The notes beneath the pieces are model-generated. The model ran no database searches, had not been told where the DNA came from, and worked only from the letters and a program-made list of their open reading frames with translations. Positions 47,943 through 55,463 of a stretch of 64,000 bases of DNA are shown here, in pieces (position 1 is the stretch's first letter; every line of letters begins with the position of its first letter). A program made the translations under genes and the position numbers. This DNA comes from Chthoniobacteraceae bacterium (lineage in GTDB: Bacteria > Verrucomicrobiota > Verrucomicrobiia > Chthoniobacterales > Chthoniobacteraceae), in NCBI GenBank assembly GCA_040081625.1, contig JBEBGD010000006.1, forward strand, positions 32,001 to 96,000, read 5' to 3'.

Positions 47943-48824
47943 ATGAAGGACTCAGCTACCAAGCTCCAACACCTCGTTTCGGACATCGTCACATGGAAGA
48001 AAGGCGAGCAACGAGCACCCCACAAACCGCTGATGTTGCTCCTGGCAATCGGGAGTATTCAGCGCGGGGAACAGCGGCTTCAGTCTTTCGAGGCAGTGGA
48101 GCCGGCATTGGTTCGAGCGATGGAACTCTTTGGCCCGGCGGGTCGTGTGCCTACGCCTCAGTATCCATTCTGGCGATTGCAGCACGATGATCTCTGGGAA
48201 GTGGAAGCCGATGGCCCCATGACGCTCCGAAAAAGCAGTGACGATCCGACGAAGCGAGCGCTGATCAAAGGCCGCGCACGAGCAGGTTTTCTTACGAATT
48301 ACTTTGAGCTGCTGCGAGCTGATCGGAACCTTCAAGCGCTCGTCGTGCATCAAATCCTCGATGCGCATTTCCCTGCGAGTATTCACGAGGATCTCCTCGC
48401 GTTCTTCGGCCTATCGGTTGGTGAGCCGCGAACGGCAGATCATGTCTCCGCCCGCGAGTTCCGCACGAGTGTTCTCAGTGCTTACCAATTTCAATGCGCC
48501 GTCAGTCGGTTCTCCGCGCGCTTGGGCACTGCGGTTCTTGGAGTGGAATCGGCACACATCTGCTGGCCGCAAGCCGGCGGACTGAACGCCGTCGTCAACG
48601 GCGTTGCTCTAAGCACACTTCACCGAAAACTTTTTCACCTCGGCGTTTTCACCATCGACTCGGACTACCGGGTCGTGGTTTCGCCGCGCGCAACTGGCGA
48701 AGCGCCTTTCACGGAGACGATGAAGCGATTCCACGGCCAGAAGATTTCGTTACCCGCGGGCGCGCAAGACAACCCGAGCAAGAAATGCCTGGCATGGCAC
48801 GCCTCGGAAGTTTTCCGAGGCTGA
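47943..48824 (+). CDS. Phosphorothioate-binding (SBD) + HNH protein, nuclease motif degenerate
   Basis: RAPHKPLMLL and PQYPFWRL of the sulfur-binding domain; HNH region CAVS...ESAHICW...NGVALSTLHRKLFH; C-terminal LAWH..EVF. Confidence 0.85.
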   Translation: MKDSATKLQHLVSDIVTWKKGEQRAPHKPLMLLLAIGSIQRGEQRLQSFEAVEPALVRAMELFGPAGRVPTPQYPFWRLQHDDLWEVEADGPMTLRKSSDDPTKRALIKGRARAGFLTNYFELLRADRNLQALVVHQILDAHFPASIHEDLLAFFGLSVGEPRTADHVSAREFRTSVLSAYQFQCAVSRFSARLGTAVLGVESAHICWPQAGGLNAVVNGVALSTLHRKLFHLGVFTIDSDYRVVVSPRATGEAPFTETMKRFHGQKISLPAGAQDNPSKKCLAWHASEVFRG

Positions 48825-48831
48825 GCGACTC

Positions 48832-49233
48832 TCAATCTTCCGGGCGCTGATTGAACAGCCAGCGTCGGAGAAATCCGTCGATCGTTTTGATGTCCTTGCC
48901 CGACGAGAGGTAGCCGAGACCACGGTGCAGATGAAGCCGCAGACATTGTGCCGCTGCATCCGCATCGGTGCCGAGTCCGTCCTGACGCGCGCGAAGCGCG
49001 AGCAGTCCCGCGAAGACATCAGACAAATCGCCTGCGAACACGCGCCAGCTCATTTCAACGCCACCATCGACCGATGAGGCGGCGTTTGGCGGCGTTGATT
49101 TCTCGCGCAGCGAGGTGCAGAGCGCCCAACGACAAAGAACATTCCAATGCTCAATGCCGGTCTGGCGTTTGAGCTTGATGAGTTGATCGCGTCCAAGCTG
49201 CGAGACGCGGATGGTTTCAACAGGCGGCTTCAT
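48832..49233 (-). CDS. dndE: DNA sulfur modification protein DndE
   Basis: RDQLIKLKRQTGIEHWNVLCRWALCTSL, W.VFAG, LHLHRGLGYL. Confidence 0.93.
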   Translation of the reverse strand: MKPPVETIRVSQLGRDQLIKLKRQTGIEHWNVLCRWALCTSLREKSTPPNAASSVDGGVEMSWRVFAGDLSDVFAGLLALRARQDGLGTDADAAAQCLRLHLHRGLGYLSSGKDIKTIDGFLRRWLFNQRPED

Positions 49234-51211
49234 GGTTCCAAAAGTATCCAGGGGTTACGCGCGTGGAGCGCAGCGCTTCGTCGAATTGCAGGTGGTAAGT
49301 TCGGCCAATGTGTGGCCGGAGGCGCTTGAGACTGTCCTCGTCAATTTCCTCGTCGGTCGAGAGCAAGATGACCTGATGAGACGCCACCGGGAAGTAGCGT
49401 TCGACAAGGTGCCGCCGGTGCGAGGAATCCAGCCGCCCTAGCGGCGTGTCGATGATTGTCGGCAGGGGACGCCCGGAAGCGCGAGCCAGTCCCCACAGCA
49501 GCGAAGTTGCGAGCAACTGGCGTTCACCGGAAGAAAGCCGCTCGAAGGGCAACGGACGCCCCTCGCCGCCAGTGAGTTCGATGCGGAAAGTCTCCGGGTC
49601 GATTTTCAATGCTGTAACGAGGCTGGTCTTACGTAGGAGTTGGGTGAACGCTTCCAGCATCAGCCGTTCGATCCGCAGTGCGTGCTTGCGGATGATCGCG
49701 GTGCGGAACTTGGCGAGTGTTCCGCGCACTTTCGCCGAGTGTTTGAGGATTCGATCCCGGTCCTCGCGGCCAAATTTCAATTCAGTGTCTTCCTCCAACG
49801 CGCGCTTCACGGCTTCCTGTGCCGCCACACGTTGCCGGACGATGAGTTGAAACTTCGCATCAAGCGCATCGACTTCGGCTTTCTTTTGCTGATGACGAAT
49901 GCGCAGCGTCTCACGGTCACGCTGCAAGCGCGCGATCACATCCTCGTCGGGCACGCGGGCGAGCGTCACCTCCGTTTTCAACAAGCCGTTGCGAAGTCTC
50001 GATGTCGCTTCGATCTGCGCGGAGATTTTTTCCTTCTCGTCGCGCAGAACCGTTTCGCACAGATGACGCAGCTCGCTCGGGAGGTTTTCGTCGGCGTGAA
50101 GGTAGCAAGATTCGGTGGATAGACCGCGGCGTTCGTCTCGATCCTCACGCAAAATCGTGTCGAGCCGCTCGATTTCGCTAGCAGGGCTGCGCGCTTTACG
50201 GAGCTGCTTAAGCACCTTTGCGTCACGGTCCTCCAACGCGGTCACGAGCACCTGAGCTCTCCGAACTTTGGCTTCACGGCGAAGCTGAATTTCCAATTCG
50301 CCAAGCATGGGCGCGATGAGCAGCAAAGGCGCGGCTCCCGACGCGGCTTGGCGCATCAAGTTTTCCTCATCGGCAAGTCCATCCTTCAAAACCGCAAGTT
50401 CATCCTCCAACTCCGTGCGCCGCTCGAACAGTTCGCCTCCTTCACGTTGGAACCGCTTTTCACACTCCTCGACTTCCCTGGTCAAGTCAGTCAGCACTCC
50501 GTTGAGCTTGGCCTGCTCAGTCGTTGCCTCTTCCTGCATTCGTTCCAACCGCGCCAGTTCTTCCTCGGCGTGTTGCAGCCGGCGCGCTTGCTCTCCAGTT
50601 TTCCCAGTGGCTTTTTTCCGGCGTTCCAACACGACCAAGTCCGTTTCCAGTTGATCCACAAGATCGAGTCCAAGCAGCGAATGAATCGCGGTGCCAAGAA
50701 GTTCGGCGGCTTGCTCTCCCTCGGCGAGATCCTTGATTTGCTCGGCATCGAAAAAAAACAGGTGAGCGATGCCGCTGGGGATGTAGCTCTCAATGTATTC
50801 ATCCCAATGCTGGCTGAGGGTTGAATCCGGCTCGCCGTCGCACAGCACCTCCACGGTCTCCTCGATGCCGCGCACACCCTCACGCCACGCGCGAAGCAAC
50901 CGGTAGCTGTGTGTTTCTCCGTCCACTGCACGGCGGAAATGAATCGCCAGCGAAGCGCCCTCGCCGGGGTCCGCGTCGCGATGGATGGCCGCGCGCAAGT
51001 AGTCGTGGTAAGCAAGTTTTCCGCGATTCGAGCAGCGCGCCTTGGTGCCGTAAAAGGCAAGCTGCACGGCGTCGAGGAACGTCGTCTTGCCGCCGCCGTT
51101 GAGTCCACCAAACAGAACGATGGGACGACCCTCACGCTCGGGCGTGAGGATGATTTCCTGGCGTCCGCCGTAGATGCCGAAGTTGTCGAGAACGATTGCG
51201 TCGAGAATCAC
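49217..51211 (-). CDS. dndD: DNA sulfur modification ATPase DndD
   Basis: NFGIYGG, GGLNGGGKTT, LFFFDAE, LSSGERQLLA, IIDTPLGRLDSSHR, SHQVILLSTDEEI. Confidence 0.95.
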   Translation of the reverse strand: MILDAIVLDNFGIYGGRQEIILTPEREGRPIVLFGGLNGGGKTTFLDAVQLAFYGTKARCSNRGKLAYHDYLRAAIHRDADPGEGASLAIHFRRAVDGETHSYRLLRAWREGVRGIEETVEVLCDGEPDSTLSQHWDEYIESYIPSGIAHLFFFDAEQIKDLAEGEQAAELLGTAIHSLLGLDLVDQLETDLVVLERRKKATGKTGEQARRLQHAEEELARLERMQEEATTEQAKLNGVLTDLTREVEECEKRFQREGGELFERRTELEDELAVLKDGLADEENLMRQAASGAAPLLLIAPMLGELEIQLRREAKVRRAQVLVTALEDRDAKVLKQLRKARSPASEIERLDTILREDRDERRGLSTESCYLHADENLPSELRHLCETVLRDEKEKISAQIEATSRLRNGLLKTEVTLARVPDEDVIARLQRDRETLRIRHQQKKAEVDALDAKFQLIVRQRVAAQEAVKRALEEDTELKFGREDRDRILKHSAKVRGTLAKFRTAIIRKHALRIERLMLEAFTQLLRKTSLVTALKIDPETFRIELTGGEGRPLPFERLSSGERQLLATSLLWGLARASGRPLPTIIDTPLGRLDSSHRRHLVERYFPVASHQVILLSTDEEIDEDSLKRLRPHIGRTYHLQFDEALRSTRVTPGYFWNHEAAC

Positions 51212-51214
51212 AGG

Positions 51215-52774
51215 CTAAAAAATGGCTTTGGGTTCTGCGGGGGACGATGCGGCTTCCACTCCGTCACGCTGACCGTCGCGTGCCTGGCCGCGCTCAGCGC
51301 TGCGGCGTCGGGCGGTGGTCATCGCATCTTCCTTGTCGTCATAGAAGTGCCGCCCCATCGACTTCTCCAGTCGCTCGAAAAGTTCCGAGCGCTTCGAGTG
51401 GGCACGCTGCTGACGTTCGACGCTGAGCAGTTCGCGAGTCAGCTCGTAGTGCATTTGGTCACCGCCGCACAGCGATTGAAGCTCTGTCATTTCCTCTGCG
51501 CCGAGCACGAGATTGTCGTCCAAGCGACGACCGGGATATGGCTCGCCTGTGACCTCCGTGTAGATGCGCGGGAGGCTGTCCTCCATCTCGTGTTTGTCCA
51601 CGACCCAGATACGGCGGATTTCCTGCAATTCATCGAGCTTGACCAACTCAATCTTCCGAACATCCGCCGGCCCGTGGCTGCGAATCCACGTTTGTGCTTC
51701 GAGCAGCTTGCGGAGCCAGCGTTCACGCGAGGTCTGCGTGTAGGGGCCAGGAACCGGCTTGCCGTCTTGCATGACATGAATTGCACCGGTCATACGCCGG
51801 AAGTCGCGCAGATGATGGTCGGAGCTTTGTGCGCCATTTTCATCCGTGTTGCGGAAGTCGAGTTCGTTGCGGAGCGCCAGCAGCGGCATCATCCACTCTT
51901 TCTCCTCGTCGTTGTGAATCATCGCGGTCATCGACTTGTCCTTCTCGACCAGCGTGCAAACCCAACAGCCGAATCGTGAATCGCCGCAACTCGGCGTGCT
52001 CGTATCCACGACGAGCGGACACTCGCCGTCCGCCGAAGCACCCGCATACATCCCGAGGAGGTCTTTGTTGCTGTATCCCCACGCATTCGGCACCTGCATG
52101 AGGAACATCCAAACGTCGTCGTTCGACCAATCCTCGATCGGCGTATAAATGGAGCAACCGGGCAGCGTCGCGCTTGGGCTCAGACGGTCACGCACACGAT
52201 GTTTCTGATTCTTGGTCAGCACGCGCGCGCGTGCGGTGCTCTCCGCCTTCCGTGCGCCGATGCAGAGAATCGCCTCACCGTTGTCCGTCACAATTTTGCT
52301 GATGAAGCGGTTCGACGGTTTGATTTTCAACCGCTCCGTGCACCAACGAAACTTTGGTCGCGGCGCAGGATAACCTTTGCCGATGAGATTCACCCAAAAC
52401 GATTCCTCGACTCGCGGATGCAGCAGATGCGGTTTGATCGGCATTGCGGCGGCCAGCGCTTTCTTTCCCATGATCTCGAGCGACTTCTGCACCCATGAGG
52501 CAACGATGGGATTTTCGACGAGCGTGTCGGTGCTGATGACATGGACCGTCTTGGTGCGTCGCTCGACCGGAAGCTTCGCGACGGCGAGCCAGATGAGTTG
52601 CAACGTGGCCGTCGAATCCTTCCCGCCGCTGTAGCCCACAATCCACGGGACATCGTCCGCGCAATAAAGCTCACGGATTTCCTCCGCCAGCAACGCAACC
52701 GTGCGAGGCAGGCCAAACTCGGAAAAGGCAGATTTTCGGGCGGTGGCAGGAGTTGGAGCAGGAGCGGGTTTCAT
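51215..52774 (-). CDS. dndC: DNA phosphorothioation sulfurtransferase DndC (PAPS reductase family)
   Basis: GYSGGKDS, DTLVENP, FWVNLIGKGYPAP, RWCTERLKI, ECPLVVD...SCGDSRFGCWVCT. Confidence 0.96.
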   Translation of the reverse strand: MKPAPAPTPATARKSAFSEFGLPRTVALLAEEIRELYCADDVPWIVGYSGGKDSTATLQLIWLAVAKLPVERRTKTVHVISTDTLVENPIVASWVQKSLEIMGKKALAAAMPIKPHLLHPRVEESFWVNLIGKGYPAPRPKFRWCTERLKIKPSNRFISKIVTDNGEAILCIGARKAESTARARVLTKNQKHRVRDRLSPSATLPGCSIYTPIEDWSNDDVWMFLMQVPNAWGYSNKDLLGMYAGASADGECPLVVDTSTPSCGDSRFGCWVCTLVEKDKSMTAMIHNDEEKEWMMPLLALRNELDFRNTDENGAQSSDHHLRDFRRMTGAIHVMQDGKPVPGPYTQTSRERWLRKLLEAQTWIRSHGPADVRKIELVKLDELQEIRRIWVVDKHEMEDSLPRIYTEVTGEPYPGRRLDDNLVLGAEEMTELQSLCGGDQMHYELTRELLSVERQQRAHSKRSELFERLEKSMGRHFYDDKEDAMTTARRRSAERGQARDGQRDGVEAASSPAEPKAIF

Positions 52775-52840
52775 CGAAGGACGTCGGGTTTCAATTTCAA
52801 TGCAGAGGTCAAAACAAAGCGAGCACGGCCGGAGGCGGAT

Positions 52841-53932
52841 TCATCGGTTGCGGCGGTTGCAGGCGTCTTCCACGCGCTGCTCGTCCTCGGAGAGCGACAG
52901 CCCGAGCGCGCGCTTCACGACGTTGGTGGTGAGAATGATGTTGGTGGTCACTTTGGAAACCTTTCCGCCAATCAGCGCGCGGCCTTCCCAAAGCTTCGCG
53001 TTGCCCCGCGACCAATCAATACCCTTGAGCACGGAGAGTTTTGCGCGCCACTTCGCGGGCCACGTTTTCAGCAGAGCGTTTCCCGCTTTCCCGAGCGCCT
53101 GGAGTGCGATGCCGTGGGAGTGGATGTAGCCCTCGCGCACTTCGCTGGCTGGCATCCGCCCCTCGCGCACTTGCGCCCACGAGGGGAATTGGCGTGCGAC
53201 CGCTTCCCAATAATCGCGCGCGAGCTTCGAGTCTTCGTCAAGATTGCCCGTCGCCAAATCCTGCACGAGGTCGGCGGACGCATTGTAAAATGCGCTCAGC
53301 GTGAAAAGCTTTCGGGAACGCCGCGCGAGCGAGCTTTTCTCCAAGTCCACAATGTCGCGGAAGACTTCGGATTTCATCACGACGAGGCGCGCGAGCTTCG
53401 CCTTGTCATTGCGGTGATCGTAGAGCAGACCGAGCGACCTACTGGGGCGGATGGCGTGGCGGTTCAGATCCGCGAACATCTGCTGGCAACGGTCGAGTCC
53501 AATATCGAGGAAGAAGACGACGGCGATGGTCTCGTAGGCCAGCTCTGGCTTTTGATCGAGCGCCTCGATGATCGCCGCGCGTCGGTGCTGGCCGTCGTTG
53601 ATGATGAACTTCGCGTCCATCGGCACCTTCAACGTGCCGAGACGGTCTTCGCCGGGTTTTGTCGAGAACGGCTCGAAGGCAACGTGCGAATCAATGGACG
53701 CCGTGATCGCGGAGAAGACGTAGTCTTTCGGGTTGTCCAGAATGTAGTCCGCCATTTCCGGGATGCGGGCTTTGTTCAGCACCCGCTGCGCGCGCAGTTC
53801 CGGCGGCAATTCCTTTTCGTCGAAGATCGAAATTTGCCGCAGCGTCCGCAGCGTCCACATCGTGATGTAGTATTCGCGTCCGGCTTGCACGCCCCGCAGG
53901 GCTGGAAAGTTTAGCGTTGAGAGTGCGCTCAT
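52841..53932 (-). CDS. dndB: DNA sulfur modification protein DndB (DGQHR domain)
   Basis: FPALRGVQAGREYY, RAQRVLNKARIP, INDGQHR, QQMFADLN. Start MSALSTL. Confidence 0.95.
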   Translation of the reverse strand: MSALSTLNFPALRGVQAGREYYITMWTLRTLRQISIFDEKELPPELRAQRVLNKARIPEMADYILDNPKDYVFSAITASIDSHVAFEPFSTKPGEDRLGTLKVPMDAKFIINDGQHRRAAIIEALDQKPELAYETIAVVFFLDIGLDRCQQMFADLNRHAIRPSRSLGLLYDHRNDKAKLARLVVMKSEVFRDIVDLEKSSLARRSRKLFTLSAFYNASADLVQDLATGNLDEDSKLARDYWEAVARQFPSWAQVREGRMPASEVREGYIHSHGIALQALGKAGNALLKTWPAKWRAKLSVLKGIDWSRGNAKLWEGRALIGGKVSKVTTNIILTTNVVKRALGLSLSEDEQRVEDACNRRNR

Positions 53933-53978
53933 CGTTGCGGTAGGTGTATGGGAAACGCCTAGCCCGCACCGCTGCGGT

Positions 53979-55169
53979 ATGTCAACGAATAAACATACAC
54001 TTCCCACTCAGACGAACACGACACCCGTGTATCTCGACTGCAATGCGACGACTCCGCTGGAGCCGGAAGTGCAGCGCGAGATGCTGCGCTTTTTCGAGGA
54101 AGAGTTCGGCAATGCGGGAAGTCGCACTCACGAATACGGCGCGCGCGCCAAGCAGGCGGTGCAGAACGCGCGCGACCAGGTGGCCGCAGTCGTGGCGGCA
54201 CAGCGGGAGGAAGTGCTTTTCACGAGCGGCGCGACCGAGAGCAACAACATCGCGATTCTCGGTCTGGCCGAGTTCGCGGAGCGGTCAGGCCGGCGGCACA
54301 TCATCAGCACGCAGATCGAGCACAAGGCGGTGATCGAGCCGCTCGAAGAACTCGCCCGGCGCGGATTCGACGTGGAGTTTCTCCCGCCCAATGCAGGCGG
54401 GTGGATGGAGCCTGAGAAGGTCCGCGCGGCGCTGCGGCCCGACACCCTGCTCGTGTCGGTGATGCACGCGAACAACGAAACTGGTGTCGTTCAACCCGTC
54501 GAAGAAATCGCCGCCGTGCTCACCGGCCACGCGGCGTATTTCCACGTCGATGCCGCGCAGACTTTCGGAAAGCTGATCGAGCCGCTGCGGAACTCGCGTG
54601 TCGATCTCATCAGCGCGAGCGCGCACAAAATCTATGGCCCGAAAGGTGTCGGTGCTCTGATCGCGCGACGACGCGGCTTTGAACGGCCGCCGCTCAAGCC
54701 ACTCTGCTTCGGCGGCGGGCAAGAGCGTGGACTTCGCCCAGGAACTTTGCCGGTGCCGCTGATCGTGGCGCTCGGCGTCGCTGCGGAACTCGCGCTGAAG
54801 CATCACGCGAAGCGGGATCAGCAGTGCCGCAGTTTTCGCGATGAGCTGGAGGCGGCGCTGCTTCCGCTCGGCCCGCAGATCCACGGGGACACGCAGCGCA
54901 CGTTGCCGCACGTCATCAATCTCTCTTTCGCTGGCCTCGACTCCGAAGCTGTGATGGTGGCCCTGAAAGGCGAGGTGGCGATTTCCAACGGCTCCGCTTG
55001 CACGTCCGCGAGCTACAAGCCGAGTCATGTGCTCAAGGCGATGGGCTTGGCCGACGCCGAAATCATGGGCGCGCTCCGCATCTCATGGTGTCACATGACT
55101 CCGAAACCGGATTGGCAGCAGGTGGCGCGGCTTCTACAGTCGCTCCGCAGCGAACCCGTTGCTCACTGA
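53979..55169 (+). CDS. dndA: Cysteine desulfurase DndA (IscS-like), divergent from dndBCDE
   Basis: YLDCNATT, FTSGATESNN, HVDAAQ, SAHKIYGPKG, SNGSACTS; adjacent to dndB. Confidence 0.92.
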   Translation: MSTNKHTLPTQTNTTPVYLDCNATTPLEPEVQREMLRFFEEEFGNAGSRTHEYGARAKQAVQNARDQVAAVVAAQREEVLFTSGATESNNIAILGLAEFAERSGRRHIISTQIEHKAVIEPLEELARRGFDVEFLPPNAGGWMEPEKVRAALRPDTLLVSVMHANNETGVVQPVEEIAAVLTGHAAYFHVDAAQTFGKLIEPLRNSRVDLISASAHKIYGPKGVGALIARRRGFERPPLKPLCFGGGQERGLRPGTLPVPLIVALGVAAELALKHHAKRDQQCRSFRDELEAALLPLGPQIHGDTQRTLPHVINLSFAGLDSEAVMVALKGEVAISNGSACTSASYKPSHVLKAMGLADAEIMGALRISWCHMTPKPDWQQVARLLQSLRSEPVAH

Positions 55170-55193
55170 TCCACCAACGAACACCAATCACGC

Positions 55194-55457
55194 ATGAAGG
55201 CATTTTTCTTCACGGGCCGAAACCTCACGAATCTGAGCGGCGTGAGTTGGAAGATCTGGCGCATCGAGTGTCAGAATCGGAAAGTCACCGCGTGGTGGGG
55301 ACCGGCTCACGTCGTGCAGCGGAAGATTCAGCCGCGCGGCACGCTCCAGAGCAAGGTGTGGACGTTGCCGTCCGCTCAGGCGGCGCGGGAGTTTGAAGCG
55401 GCGCGCATCAAGCAGAAGCTCCGCGGCGGCTACGAGCGGAAGCCGAAGCGAGGCTGA
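55194..55457 (+). CDS. Small WGR-like domain protein
   Basis: KIWRI...VTAWWG...AAREF...IKQKLRGGY resembles the WGR domain pattern. Confidence 0.6.
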   Translation: MKAFFFTGRNLTNLSGVSWKIWRIECQNRKVTAWWGPAHVVQRKIQPRGTLQSKVWTLPSAQAAREFEAARIKQKLRGGYERKPKRG

Positions 55458-55463
55458 TCCGGC

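Noticed and set aside
50751..50758. A8 homopolymer in dndD as a phase-variation switch
   Set aside because: Encodes the conserved LFFFD motif in frame; tract is short; no read data to show slippage.
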